The translations under genes and the position numbers were made by a program. A stretch of 64,000 nucleotides of DNA from Candidatus Nanosyncoccus sp. (GTDB lineage: Bacteria; Patescibacteriota; Saccharimonadia; Saccharimonadales; Saccharimonadaceae), in assembly GCA_045589895.1 (NCBI GenBank), contig JAZNPY010000002.1, positions 34,546 through 98,545 of the forward strand, in the 5' to 3' direction. Positions 28,760 to 39,258 of the stretch are shown here, piece after piece. Under the pieces are notes generated by a model, which was not told where the DNA came from, made no database searches, and saw only the letters and a list, made by a program, of their open reading frames with translations. Within the stretch, counting starts at the first letter, position 1. The number at the start of each line of letters is the position of its first letter.

Positions 28760-30055
28760 CTATGCTCCAAGTTTAGATTGTTCCCCAGTTTCGAAGTTTT
28801 TCAGAGTTAGATCTCCGGTTTTGACTTCGTCTTCGCCGATAACTATGCCGTACTTTGCGATTCTGGCAGCGTGAGTAAGCTTATCACCAAGCTTTTTGTC
28901 GGTCAAAATAACATCCACCGAGTTATTTTTAGTGCGAAGCTCGCTAGCAACTTTCAAGGCATAGGCTTGCTCATTCTCCGAAATCGGGACAATAGCGATA
29001 TCGATGAGATTATGTTTGATGTCGCTAAGTAGATCGTGCTCGCTAAGGACGTAAAACAGGCGTGTAAGGCCAATCGATCCACCGATGCCTGGGAAGTTTT
29101 GATCTGTATAGTGCCCAGCAAGATTCTCATAGCGGCCACCAGATCCAACCGAGCCGATTTCCCGATATTCGGGGAGAAAAGTCTCGAAAACTGTACCGGT
29201 GTAATAATCTAAGCCACGTACGATCAGCATATCTGCGGAAATCTGAGACTTGAGGCCTTGTAACTCGAGTAGGCTCATAACTTGATTGAGCTCGGATACG
29301 CCCTGCAGGTAGATCTCATCCTCGATATTAAGTGATTTAAGTTTGGCGACAGCCTCTTCCCTTTCACCCTGAATAGCCATAAATTTATTTAAGATATCTA
29401 TTTGACTTCCTGTCAAGTTTATTTCATTAAGGGATTGCTGGGTTTTTTCCGGAGAGACTTTTTCGACATGATCGATGATACTGAAAATTTCCTTCGATTT
29501 TGACTCTAGATTCTGAGAATTTAGGAGACCAGTTAAGAGTTTACGATTAGAGATACGAATCAGCATCTTGGGCTTCAAAAAGGTGCTAAGTGCCTCATGG
29601 AGTGTAGCAATAGCCTCAGCGTCATAAGCAATACTCAAGTTATTCCGGCCAACAATGTCGATATCACACTGATAGAATTCACGAAAGCGGCCTTTCTGGG
29701 CACGTTCGCCACGAAAGTTGCGACCAATTTGAGTAACCTTGAACGGAAAATACAGATCACTCTCATGTTCGACGACATACCTGGCAAGCGGAACAGTATG
29801 ATCAAATCTCAGGGCCTGGTCGGCATCCTGATCTGTTTCGGCGGTTTTAATTACTTTGTAAATTTGTTTTTCGGTATCACCACCAGCTTTTGCAAAAAGA
29901 ACTTCGGTGCGGTCGATGGTCGGGGTCTCGATATTCTGGAAACCGTGTTTTTGATATACCTCGCGGATTCTAGATTTAATCTCGTCAAAAATAGCCTGCT
30001 TCTCAGGTAAAAGTTCCTGTGTACCAGAAATCGGCGTAGTATTCATCTTTTTCAT
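28760..30055 (-). CDS. hisS: Histidine--tRNA ligase
   Basis: LRFDHTVPLARY, FRGERAQKGRFREFYQCD, RGLDYYTG, GGRY. Confidence 0.98.
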   Translation of the reverse strand: MKKMNTTPISGTQELLPEKQAIFDEIKSRIREVYQKHGFQNIETPTIDRTEVLFAKAGGDTEKQIYKVIKTAETDQDADQALRFDHTVPLARYVVEHESDLYFPFKVTQIGRNFRGERAQKGRFREFYQCDIDIVGRNNLSIAYDAEAIATLHEALSTFLKPKMLIRISNRKLLTGLLNSQNLESKSKEIFSIIDHVEKVSPEKTQQSLNEINLTGSQIDILNKFMAIQGEREEAVAKLKSLNIEDEIYLQGVSELNQVMSLLELQGLKSQISADMLIVRGLDYYTGTVFETFLPEYREIGSVGSGGRYENLAGHYTDQNFPGIGGSIGLTRLFYVLSEHDLLSDIKHNLIDIAIVPISENEQAYALKVASELRTKNNSVDVILTDKKLGDKLTHAARIAKYGIVIGEDEVKTGDLTLKNFETGEQSKLGA

Positions 30056-30161
30056 GTCATAATTATACCAAAAAATGAGCCAGAGGTCTATCGCTAGAAC
30101 TAAATATTTGAAGCTATGATTCTTTCATGTTAGAATAAAATCATAGAAAAGGAGCTACGTA

Positions 30162-30473
30162 GTGAAAGTTATCGAACTTGATACTGAAAATTTTGAAAAA
30201 GAGGTCCTGGAATCGGACAAACCCGTACTAGTTGATTTTAATGCAGATTGGTGCGGTCCATGCCAAATGATGCGGCCGATTATTGAAGAATTTGCTGGCG
30301 AATACGAGGAATATAAAGTAGCTTCCCTTAATATAGATGGGGCAGAATCTCTTGCTGAGGAATACGAAATTTCCAGCATTCCATGCCTAGTCGTATTTAA
30401 AAACGGTGAGGAAACTGTTCGTGCTATAGGTATCCAGTCGAAAAGAAAGCTCAAAAAACTAATGGAAAAATAG
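30162..30473 (+). CDS. trxA: Thioredoxin
   Basis: DFNADWCGPC, SIP; GTG start with SD AGGAG. Confidence 0.96.
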   Translation: MKVIELDTENFEKEVLESDKPVLVDFNADWCGPCQMMRPIIEEFAGEYEEYKVASLNIDGAESLAEEYEISSIPCLVVFKNGEETVRAIGIQSKRKLKKLMEK

Positions 30474-30478
30474 CTATT

Positions 30479-31384
30479 ATGTACGATATAATTATCATTG
30501 GCGCTGGCACCGCTGGACTAACTGCTGCAATTTATGCTTGCCGTGCTAATAAAAAAGTTCTTGTTCTTGAATCTGATGTCTATGGCGGTCAAATTACAAA
30601 GACTCTAAGAATAGAAAATTATCCTGCTGCGCCGCATATTTCTGGCGTTGATTTTGCGAAGTCTCTTTATGAACAGGCTACTAATCTCGGTGCAGAAATT
30701 GAATTCGAAGAAGTTGTTAAGATTGAAAACTATGATGATCACAAAGTCGTAGTCACCGCCGATGACGCGTACGAAGCTGCGACTGTTATTATCGCTACTG
30801 GTTCGCACGACAAAAAACTTGGGCTTAGTCGCGAAGATGAGTTATTCGGTCATGGAATTTCCTACTGTGCAACTTGCGACGGTGCACTATATAGCGACAA
30901 GGATGTCGCTATTATTGGTGGAGGCAATACCGCCCTTTATGAAGCGCTTTATCTTTGTGATATCGCAAAAAAGGTTTACCTTATTCATCGCCGCGATGAA
31001 TTTCGTGGCGATCCGGCACTGATTGACAAAGTTCGCAAAAAACCAAACATCGAGTTCATCATGAGTAGTAGTGCTACTGGTTTATTTGGCGACAAAAAAT
31101 TAGATGAGATTGAAATTACCGATACTAATGGAAAAGTTTCTAGACTAAAAATTGCTGGACTTTTTGTGGCCATCGGTCGCGAGCCGTCTACTAGGACATT
31201 TAGAGATATTATCGAGCTTGATTCTAATGGCTATATAAAAACGGATGAAGCTTGTCATACTAATGTTTCTGGTATTTTTGCCGCTGGTGATGTTCGTACA
31301 AAAGATCTTCGTCAGCTCGTTACCGCCACATCGGATGGTGCAATTGCAGCAACTGAGGCCGTGAGATACTTGAATCATAAATAG
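30479..31384 (+). CDS. trxB: Thioredoxin-disulfide reductase
   Basis: GAGTAG, YCATCDG, GGGNTA, HRRD, AAGDV. Confidence 0.96.
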   Translation: MYDIIIIGAGTAGLTAAIYACRANKKVLVLESDVYGGQITKTLRIENYPAAPHISGVDFAKSLYEQATNLGAEIEFEEVVKIENYDDHKVVVTADDAYEAATVIIATGSHDKKLGLSREDELFGHGISYCATCDGALYSDKDVAIIGGGNTALYEALYLCDIAKKVYLIHRRDEFRGDPALIDKVRKKPNIEFIMSSSATGLFGDKKLDEIEITDTNGKVSRLKIAGLFVAIGREPSTRTFRDIIELDSNGYIKTDEACHTNVSGIFAAGDVRTKDLRQLVTATSDGAIAATEAVRYLNHK

Positions 31385-31430
31385 AAGTGTGGTATACTTG
31401 AATTCAGCAGGATAGTTTGTTTCCTCGTTT

Positions 31431-31506
31431 GGCTCTGTAGCTCAGTTGGTAGAGCAGAGGCCTGAAGAGCCTTGTGTCACTGGTTCAAGTCCAGTCGGAG
31501 CCACCA
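31431..31506 (+). tRNA. tRNA-Phe(GAA)
   Basis: Acceptor GGCTCTG/CGGAGCC, anticodon loop CTGAAGA, CCA; hairpin terminator at 31523-31547. Confidence 0.96.
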
Positions 31507-31564
31507 AATTCTTGCAAAAATCAAAATGAGACCTTGTCTCATTTTTTCATGTTATAATGTTCTC

Positions 31565-32743
31565 ATGAATAGAGTACCGCTTGCGGAGCGAATGCGTCCG
31601 CATGAGCTTTCTGAGGTTGTGGGGCAGGACGACATTATTGGGGATGGGAAGATTTTGACGGAGATTGTGAAACGTGGTGAACCGGTGAACCTGATTTTTT
31701 GGGGTCCTCCGGGAACGGGCAAGACTACGCTAGCGCGAATTTTGGCGCGAGAATACAAGGCGGATTTTGTGGAACTTTCGGCAGTGACAGCTGGAAAAAA
31801 AGATATCGAACAGGTCGTAGAGCGGGCGCGACAGAATTGGAACTTGCAGACACGAACGGTTTTATTTGTGGACGAAATTCACCGTTTTAATAAGGCACAG
31901 CAAGATGCATTTTTACCACATGTAGAATCAGGCTTAATAATTTTAATTGGTGCGACGACAGAAAATCCATCGTTCGAAGTAATTTCACCACTTTTGTCAC
32001 GATCACGAGTAGTAATAGTTTCACCGTTATCAAAAGATGATATTATAACGGTTTTGAAACGAGCAGTAAAGGCAGAAAAAGCATCGAAACGAGTTTCTGC
32101 TAAGGCGCTTGATTATTTGGCGGAGCTTTCTGGCGGTGATGCTAGAAGTGCGCTTGGTGATTTGGAGTTGGCGTTAAGCTTGGCGGATAAAGTTGATGTT
32201 GATATCGTGAAGGAAGCAGCTGGGCGGAAAGTACCTGGTTATGATAAATCTGGCGATAGACATTATGATAATATATCGGCGTTTATTAAATCGATGCGCG
32301 GTAGCGATGTTGATGCGACATTATATTATCTTGCGCGAATGGTGGAAGCGGGTGAAGATCCGAAATTTATCGCGCGACGAATGGTAATCTTTGCGTCTGA
32401 AGATATTGGTCTGGCTGGGAATGGAGCTTTACCGATTGCAGTTTCCTGTTTTCAGGCGATTGAACGCGTAGGCATGCCGGAGGGAGGAATTATTCTCGCG
32501 CATTGTGCCTGTGCGCTTGCGAAGTCGAAGAAGAGTCGAGCATCGTATGATGCTTGGACTAGGGCGAAGGATTTAGCTCATAAATCTATGGGGCTGCCAG
32601 TGCCAGTATGGTTGAGAAATGCACCGACTAAATTAATGAAAGATTTAGGGTTTGGTAAAGGCCAGAAATGGGAAGCGGGATTTCATCTCGATAAAAATTA
32701 TTTACCGGATGAAATCGCTGGCCAAAAAATTTTTGAAGATTAA
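31565..32743 (+). CDS. rarA: Replication-associated recombination protein A (RarA/MgsA)
   Basis: PLAERMRP, WGPPGTGKTT, DEIHRFNKAQQD, ATTENP, SAFIKSMRGSD. Start moved to ATG 31565. Confidence 0.95.
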   Translation: MNRVPLAERMRPHELSEVVGQDDIIGDGKILTEIVKRGEPVNLIFWGPPGTGKTTLARILAREYKADFVELSAVTAGKKDIEQVVERARQNWNLQTRTVLFVDEIHRFNKAQQDAFLPHVESGLIILIGATTENPSFEVISPLLSRSRVVIVSPLSKDDIITVLKRAVKAEKASKRVSAKALDYLAELSGGDARSALGDLELALSLADKVDVDIVKEAAGRKVPGYDKSGDRHYDNISAFIKSMRGSDVDATLYYLARMVEAGEDPKFIARRMVIFASEDIGLAGNGALPIAVSCFQAIERVGMPEGGIILAHCACALAKSKKSRASYDAWTRAKDLAHKSMGLPVPVWLRNAPTKLMKDLGFGKGQKWEAGFHLDKNYLPDEIAGQKIFED

Positions 32744-34533
32744 TCTTCGTCTAGGAAACCACCGGATTGACGATTCCAGAGTTTTGCGTAGGCACCTTTT
32801 TTAGCAAGAAGTTCTTTATGCGTACCTTGTTCAACAATTTTGCCGCCGTCAAGAACGACGATGCGGTCGAGGTTTGCAACAGTGGAAAGACGGTGAGCAA
32901 TCACGATAGATGTGCGACCTTTCATGAGTCTAATGAGGGCATCTTGGATCATGGCTTCGGATTCGGAATCAAGTGCAGAAGTAGCTTCGTCGAGTACTAG
33001 AATCGGAGCATCTTTTAGGATTGCGCGAGCGATGGCAACCCGCTGGCGCTGACCACCAGAAAGTTTAATTCCCCGCTCACCGACCATAGTCTCGTAATTG
33101 TCTGGAAGTTTTTCGATGAACTCGTCGGCATTAGCGAGTTTTGCGGCGTGCTCAATCTCGGATTTGGTTGCGTTTAGTTTTCCGTAGGCGATATTTTCGG
33201 AAATGCTGCGGTGGAAAAGTGCGGTTTCCTGTGGAACGTATGCGATATTTTCGCGCAAAGATTTTTGAGTGACGTGCTTAATATCGTTGCCATCGATTGT
33301 AATTGTGCCCTGATCCACATCTGCGAAACGTAGGAGAAGCTTAGTTAGAGTAGTCTTGCCGGATCCAGACACACCAACTAAGCCAATACGCTCACCAGGT
33401 TTTACGTCAAGCGAAAAATCTTCAAAAATCGCATCTTTAGCGTCGCTATGTTTGAAGTAGATATGGTTGAAGAGAATTTCTGAATTTTTGACTTTTAGAG
33501 TTTTAGCGTCTGGCAAATCAACGACATCATCTTTTAGGTCGAGAATTTCAGTCATATTACGAGCATCGCCGAAAATCTTGTTAAATTTGCGCATGATTTG
33601 ACCGAGATTTCGAAGTTGGTCGATAATCTGTCGAGAATAGCTCCAAATCAGAATTAGTACGCCAGCAGAAAAACCAAACCAATGAGAACCGATGAGCATG
33701 AAGAAAATGCAGGCAGCAATATTAACTGAGCCGGTGAGGTCAAAAAGTGTATTACGAGTTAAATAAGAGTTTATCATTTTATACATCACTTTTTTCCAAT
33801 CGCCACAAATTTTAGTATAGCGCTTGATTTCGTAGTCTTCGCGAGCATATGATTTGACCGAAGAAACATTGGAAATTGCATCGGATAGTTGACCGATGGC
33901 TTTCGAGTGGGCAGTAGCTTCAGCTTCATTAATATCGATGATTTTAATTGAGGAACGAATGGCGATGATAGAATAGATAATCGCAAGGACAATCACGATT
34001 ACGGCCACGACTGGAGCGATGATAAAAAGTGCGATAGTACAGGGAATCACTGTGAAAATCATTGGAATGACGCTAAACATTAGCTCGTCGATTAAATTTT
34101 CGTAGGCACCCACAAAGCGACTAGTCTGCGAAACAAGCGAGCCAGAAAAATGGTCAGAATGAAACTGCATCGACTGCGATTCGATAGCGGAAAAACACAT
34201 AATGCCAAGATCGGTCGTGGCCTTTACTTCCATTTTCCAGGAAACATACCAGCGAACTTGATGTAAAATCACCTGGCAAACAATTTGCAGGACGATGACC
34301 ATAATGGCAGGAAAAGTGAGGCGTTGAAAAATCTCGGCTTGGGTCGGATCCTGTGCCACGACATCGATAATTTCGGCGATAAAATATGGAATGACGAGCG
34401 AGTTTGTTAAAATCACAATTGGCGTTAACAAAAAACCAACTGCGTTTGCGGCTTTGTACTTTTTTGTAATCTGCCAGTAGTAGTGCAGAGTGCGGCGAAT
34501 AAGCGACCTCGACTTTTTGCTTGATTTTGTCAT
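32740..34533 (-). CDS. ABC exporter, fused permease/ATP-binding protein
   Basis: TM domain plus GVSGSGKTT, LSGGQRQR, LDEATSALD. Confidence 0.95.
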   Translation of the reverse strand: MTKSSKKSRSLIRRTLHYYWQITKKYKAANAVGFLLTPIVILTNSLVIPYFIAEIIDVVAQDPTQAEIFQRLTFPAIMVIVLQIVCQVILHQVRWYVSWKMEVKATTDLGIMCFSAIESQSMQFHSDHFSGSLVSQTSRFVGAYENLIDELMFSVIPMIFTVIPCTIALFIIAPVVAVIVIVLAIIYSIIAIRSSIKIIDINEAEATAHSKAIGQLSDAISNVSSVKSYAREDYEIKRYTKICGDWKKVMYKMINSYLTRNTLFDLTGSVNIAACIFFMLIGSHWFGFSAGVLILIWSYSRQIIDQLRNLGQIMRKFNKIFGDARNMTEILDLKDDVVDLPDAKTLKVKNSEILFNHIYFKHSDAKDAIFEDFSLDVKPGERIGLVGVSGSGKTTLTKLLLRFADVDQGTITIDGNDIKHVTQKSLRENIAYVPQETALFHRSISENIAYGKLNATKSEIEHAAKLANADEFIEKLPDNYETMVGERGIKLSGGQRQRVAIARAILKDAPILVLDEATSALDSESEAMIQDALIRLMKGRTSIVIAHRLSTVANLDRIVVLDGGKIVEQGTHKELLAKKGAYAKLWNRQSGGFLDED

Positions 34534-34575
34534 AAAATTATTATATCATAAGGGGGTAATTAACGTGGAGAAAAT

Positions 34576-35106
34576 ATGGCAGATTTTAATAAAATCTTAA
34601 AACCAGGCGACTATGAAAACGGCGAAATTAATGTTGTAGTTGAGATTCCGACTGGTTCGAATCATAAAATTGAATGGGATCGCAAAAATGCATGTTTTAT
34701 GCTAGATCGCGTAGAGCCGATGGCGTTTGCAAAGCCTTGCAACTACGGTTTTATTCCGCAGACTTTGGACGAAGATGGTGATGAGTTAGACGTATTACTA
34801 ATTACTGATCAGCCACTCACGACTGGAATTTACACTTCCGCCAAAATTCTTGGCGTGATGAAGTTTGTAGACGATGGTGAAGTTGATGATAAAATCATCT
34901 GCGTGCCAGCAGACGACCGTAATAATGGTGATAAATACCAGACATTAGAAGATTTGCCGAAACGCACGCTCGAACAAATCGAGTTCCACTTCAACCACTA
35001 CAAGGATTTGAAGAAGCCTGGTACAACAAAAGTTGAAAAATTCGGTGACATCGCCGAAGCAAAACAAGTCATCAAAGACGCCATCGAACGTTGGAATAAG
35101 AAATAA
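34576..35106 (+). CDS. ppa: Inorganic pyrophosphatase (family I)
   Basis: EIPTGS, NYGFIPQT, DGDELD, DDK. Confidence 0.96.
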   Translation: MADFNKILKPGDYENGEINVVVEIPTGSNHKIEWDRKNACFMLDRVEPMAFAKPCNYGFIPQTLDEDGDELDVLLITDQPLTTGIYTSAKILGVMKFVDDGEVDDKIICVPADDRNNGDKYQTLEDLPKRTLEQIEFHFNHYKDLKKPGTTKVEKFGDIAEAKQVIKDAIERWNKK

Positions 35107-36177
35107 TTATTTTCTGCGGCGAGCCGCAAGGTAGGATCTGATTAATCGCTTTACAGCATCAGTGACAACCTTGCGGTCTTTTTTTGATACGGAACGATAA
35201 GTTTTTAGTACGGCAGGAAGGCTCTTGGTCCACGTTTCGGCAAATTCGCGTGGGGTGTTGAGATCGTTTTTTGAAAAAAGCCGAAAAATGACGTCTACAA
35301 AAATCTTCTTTTGCTCGATGCTCATGCTTTCGATCCAATCCGTCAAAGTTTTGTCAATAATATCACTGCGTTTTGTAATCTCCGCTCTAACCATTTCGGT
35401 TCCGGATATTTCCCAAGAATAAATATCGTGTTGATAGAAATGCTCGGCATTACTTTTTACGACTTCGAATTTTTCGACATGGTCAAGTAGACGGCCAACA
35501 ATTGAATCTTGAGGAATAAAGCTCTGAATTTTAGGGAGAATGATACTAAGATTGGTATCATCATAGACCTTTTTATGTAGTCCTGGTCCGTCAAAATTAT
35601 AAACTTTCACGATGCGACACTGCAATAATTCTGGAGACATAATCGCAGAATACATGGAAATATTACCGCCTTTAGAATGGCCGCCAATCCAAATTCTCTT
35701 CCAGGGGTATTTTTTAGCAATGCATTTAAGATATTTCAGGGCTTCTTTCTGTGCAGGGACACTTTCCATGAAAGCCATATTAAAATCTTCTTTCCAGCCA
35801 AAAAGATGTTCATCGGTACCCATGAAAGAAACATAAAGATCGCGACGATTGATATGGAGTGTAACTGCGGAAAACTGCTTTGCTATTTCGGGATTATTTT
35901 TTCGAATATAGTCTGTAACTTTTAGTCGACTAAAACGCTGGCTCTTCCCCATGAGTGCAATGAATTTTTGATCGTCTGGCCAAACATAGACACTTATGGG
36001 CAACTTTTCCATTTTTTTGGCAATGCTTGAAACGGTTTCAGTATGACTGACCCTGATATGATTAAACGGCATATAAGAAAAGCGAGCGAGAGCTAAGCCA
36101 TCAACGTCATTGACCGGCTCTTTTCTGCTAATTTTTAAGTCGCCGCGCCAAGTTAGGTAATCGTTAAGATTCGCCAT
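35107..36177 (-). CDS. DUF2974 / Mbeg1-like alpha-beta hydrolase
   Basis: FMGTD, GWKEDF, GGHSKGGN nucleophile elbow, NFDGPG, QHD. Confidence 0.88.
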   Translation of the reverse strand: MANLNDYLTWRGDLKISRKEPVNDVDGLALARFSYMPFNHIRVSHTETVSSIAKKMEKLPISVYVWPDDQKFIALMGKSQRFSRLKVTDYIRKNNPEIAKQFSAVTLHINRRDLYVSFMGTDEHLFGWKEDFNMAFMESVPAQKEALKYLKCIAKKYPWKRIWIGGHSKGGNISMYSAIMSPELLQCRIVKVYNFDGPGLHKKVYDDTNLSIILPKIQSFIPQDSIVGRLLDHVEKFEVVKSNAEHFYQHDIYSWEISGTEMVRAEITKRSDIIDKTLTDWIESMSIEQKKIFVDVIFRLFSKNDLNTPREFAETWTKSLPAVLKTYRSVSKKDRKVVTDAVKRLIRSYLAARRRK

Positions 36178-37497
36178 CTAGAGTTCTTCAATTTTTATAC
36201 GAGTCTGTTTGGCGGTATCGCGATCACGAACCGTGACGGTATCATCTTCTAGCGTATCAAAATCGATAACTACGCATTTTGGCGTACCAATTTCATCTTG
36301 CTTGCGATAGCGTTTGCCGATGTTCCCGGAATCGTCCCAAGTAACATTACCGTATTTTTCGCGTAGTTTAGCGTAGACAGACTTAGCTTTTTCGACCAAC
36401 TCGGATTTATTTTTCAGAAGTGGCGAAACACAAAGACGGAACGGAGCAAGATTTTCTGGTAGACGTAATACGACACGGCGACTACCATCAATTTCGTCTT
36501 CGTCGTAGGCAGCAGATAGGACTGCAAACATCAGACGCTCAACGCCAATCGAAGGCTCAATTACGTGAGGCACAAAAGCTTCTTTGGTATTCTTATCGCG
36601 ATACTCCATATTTTTTCCGGAAGCTTTCATAATATTCTGCAAATCGAAATCAGAACGATAGGCAATACCCATCAACTCTTCACGACCATTCGGATAATCA
36701 AACTCGATATCAACAGTGCGCTTAGAATAGTGTGCGCGATCCTCGGCTGGGACTTCAAGATCATGAAGTTTAGACTTTGGTAATTTCATGATATCCGTGA
36801 GGAAATAGTGAGTTTCGTCTAGCAATTTTTCAAAATTCTCTTCCCAAGTATCCGGGCGTACAAAATATTCTATTTCCATTTGAGAACATTCACGATCGCG
36901 TAAGATAAAATCACGTGGTGAGATTTCATTACGAAAAGCTTTGCCTTGTTGGGCAAGACCGAAAGGAATATCTGGGTAAATACTGTCAACAACGTTTTTG
37001 TAATTGGTGAAAATTCCCTGCGCAGTTTCTGGACGAAGATAAGCAACACTAGTATCATTCTTGACGGCGCCAACATGGGTCTCAAACATCATATTAAATT
37101 GACGGACTTCGCCCCAGTCACATTGACGACAAGTAGGACATTTTGTGGCGGCATCCATGAGTTCTTGTTTTGTGACATGTTCGGAAAAATCACCAAGATG
37201 ATCAGCGCGAAAACGACCATGACAATTGCCGCATTCTACTAGAGGATCGGAAAAAGTGGCAGTGTGACCGGAGGCGACCCAAGTGCGCGGATTCATAAGG
37301 ATGGCAGCGTCAATACCGTACATATCATCGCGTTTTTCAACCCAAAAATTCCACCATTCATCCATGATTTTCTTTTTAATCGCGACGCCAAGCGGTCCGA
37401 AGTCCCAAGTACCAGCCATTCCGCCATAGACATCACTACCCGGAAAAATAATGCCGCGGCGCTTACATAAACTTACAATTTCTTCTGTATTATTCAT
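36178..37497 (-). CDS. glyS: Glycine--tRNA ligase (homodimeric alpha2 type)
   Basis: LRPETAQGIF, GKAFRNEI, IEPSIGVER, IGKRYRKQDEIGTP. Confidence 0.96.
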   Translation of the reverse strand: MNNTEEIVSLCKRRGIIFPGSDVYGGMAGTWDFGPLGVAIKKKIMDEWWNFWVEKRDDMYGIDAAILMNPRTWVASGHTATFSDPLVECGNCHGRFRADHLGDFSEHVTKQELMDAATKCPTCRQCDWGEVRQFNMMFETHVGAVKNDTSVAYLRPETAQGIFTNYKNVVDSIYPDIPFGLAQQGKAFRNEISPRDFILRDRECSQMEIEYFVRPDTWEENFEKLLDETHYFLTDIMKLPKSKLHDLEVPAEDRAHYSKRTVDIEFDYPNGREELMGIAYRSDFDLQNIMKASGKNMEYRDKNTKEAFVPHVIEPSIGVERLMFAVLSAAYDEDEIDGSRRVVLRLPENLAPFRLCVSPLLKNKSELVEKAKSVYAKLREKYGNVTWDDSGNIGKRYRKQDEIGTPKCVVIDFDTLEDDTVTVRDRDTAKQTRIKIEEL

Positions 37498-37506
37498 ATC
37501 TTTATT

Positions 37507-38190
37507 TTACAACTGATTCAGAGATTTCGCAATGTATAAGACTTCCGGTATCATCTCGTTGACATTATTAATACGGCCAACAAGACTAAGTGGGCTGGCT
37601 AAGATGAGTCGCATCAACTTAATCTCGTCGGCATGAATTTTACCTTGGGGCAAAGGTCTTAGAGCTTTATCTGTGCTATCCCAAGCATAATTAGTATTAG
37701 GGTCAAGCTTCATACCAGAAGTATCGGTCGACAAATTGATTTGCTCGCCGTTAATACTAGCGAAGTTAAAATAAAACCAAGCAGTAACCAAATTTGTTGA
37801 TATGTGTGGATTATTTAGACCCTCATGGCATTCTTTGACTAGATTGAAATATTCCTTAGTCTCGACTTGTTCGGCAGCACGACTGATTTTACGAATAATT
37901 TCCGAAGCAAGTTCAAGGCGATCAAGGTCAGACAAAATACGCTGATAGAACTTCAACATTTTTGCAGACGTGAGGATATTTTTTTCGGTCTTTGGATTTT
38001 GGTGGATGGTGATTTCTGATAGACAGAACATTTCGATGCCACCGGCTAGACGAGATTTTTCCCTTCTGACTGAACGAGCAAGAACAGTAACTTTTCCGCC
38101 TGGAGTTAAAAAATCGAGAAGACGATCAGCTTCGCCAATGTTTGTACGGCGAAGTACAAAAGCTTCGGTCTTAAGATCGGTCCCAGCCAC
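37507..38190 (-). CDS. recO: DNA repair protein RecO
   Basis: VLRRTNIGEADRLLDFLT..GKVTVLARSVRREKSRLAG. Confidence 0.92.
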   Translation of the reverse strand: MAGTDLKTEAFVLRRTNIGEADRLLDFLTPGGKVTVLARSVRREKSRLAGGIEMFCLSEITIHQNPKTEKNILTSAKMLKFYQRILSDLDRLELASEIIRKISRAAEQVETKEYFNLVKECHEGLNNPHISTNLVTAWFYFNFASINGEQINLSTDTSGMKLDPNTNYAWDSTDKALRPLPQGKIHADEIKLMRLILASPLSLVGRINNVNEMIPEVLYIAKSLNQL

Positions 38191-38533
38191 TTACATAATC
38201 CTCTGCATATTTTCGAATATCGGCTGGGAGCATCGTGGCCTTATTTAAAATTCCGACCACACCGTATTCTTCAAGGTGACAATCAGCTAATCCTAGTGAA
38301 GATATAATAACAACCGGAATTCTTGACGTGTCACTATAGGAAGCAAGTTCGTTTAGAAAAGTGAAGCCGTCTGGACCATCAAGCATAATGTCTAAGAAAA
38401 TTAGTCCTGGTAGAGTGTCTTCAAGGCTATGAACGGCATCAATGGCGTTCGGGAAAATTTTAGTGGCATAGGGCTTACAGGCGGATTCTATACATTCAGC
38501 CATGATTGGGTCGTCATCTATAATAAAAATCAT
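38171..38533 (-). CDS. Single-domain response regulator (receiver only)
   Basis: IIDDD, FLDIMLDGPDG, IISS, LNK. Confidence 0.9.
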   Translation of the reverse strand: MIFIIDDDPIMAECIESACKPYATKIFPNAIDAVHSLEDTLPGLIFLDIMLDGPDGFTFLNELASYSDTSRIPVVIISSLGLADCHLEEYGVVGILNKATMLPADIRKYAEDYVSGWDRS

Positions 38534-39219
38534 TAGAATAACCTCGCTTGTTTAGACACTTTAAGATCGACGAAAAAACTAGTTCCATCACGATGTCTGA
38601 TAGCCCCAACTTCGGCAGACATATATTGCGAAAATTTCGAAGCGATGTAGAGACCGAGACCGGAACTACCTGGGCGCATAGCGATTGAGGTTGGTTTTTC
38701 AATCCAACCCTTTTTTAGGCTCCTCCAAACATCGGTTGGGAGAGTCGGACCAAAGTCGCGGACAGAGAGACGAACCTTGTCGTAATAATCTTTAACAACG
38801 AGTTCAGAACGGCTTTCTTCGTTAGAATAGTGCATAGCATTCAGACAGAAGTTATAGATAATACTATAGAGTAAATCTCGGTTTGCCACGACTAGGCGAG
38901 AGCGATTAGTGTAGGAGACTTCGAGGTTGCGGTGATTAAAACGAAATAAATTAGCAAGTTCATATGTAACATCATCACAAACTGCGCGCACGGCTACTGG
39001 CTCCATCTGGAATAAGCCATCATCAAGACGGGCAATTTTTGTAAGGTCGTTAACTTGGCGGATGGCACGGTCGGAAACATTAATCATCTGCGACTGGATT
39101 CTCTGACGGTCGGAATCGTCTTTAGCGAGCTCAAGAGAAAAAGCGAGTTGACGCAAAAGGGCTAACGGAGCTTTTAGCTCATGTGCAGCCACCAAAATAC
39201 CATTTACCTCGCTTTCCAT
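38533..39219 (-). CDS. Histidine kinase without input domain
   Basis: AAHELKAPL H-box at residue 13, NAMHYS, RDFGP, SGLGLYI. Confidence 0.88.
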   Translation of the reverse strand: MESEVNGILVAAHELKAPLALLRQLAFSLELAKDDSDRQRIQSQMINVSDRAIRQVNDLTKIARLDDGLFQMEPVAVRAVCDDVTYELANLFRFNHRNLEVSYTNRSRLVVANRDLLYSIIYNFCLNAMHYSNEESRSELVVKDYYDKVRLSVRDFGPTLPTDVWRSLKKGWIEKPTSIAMRPGSSGLGLYIASKFSQYMSAEVGAIRHRDGTSFFVDLKVSKQARLF

Positions 39220-39258
39220 ATTCTTATTTTAGCACAGGAAAAATTTTATGAAAAATGA

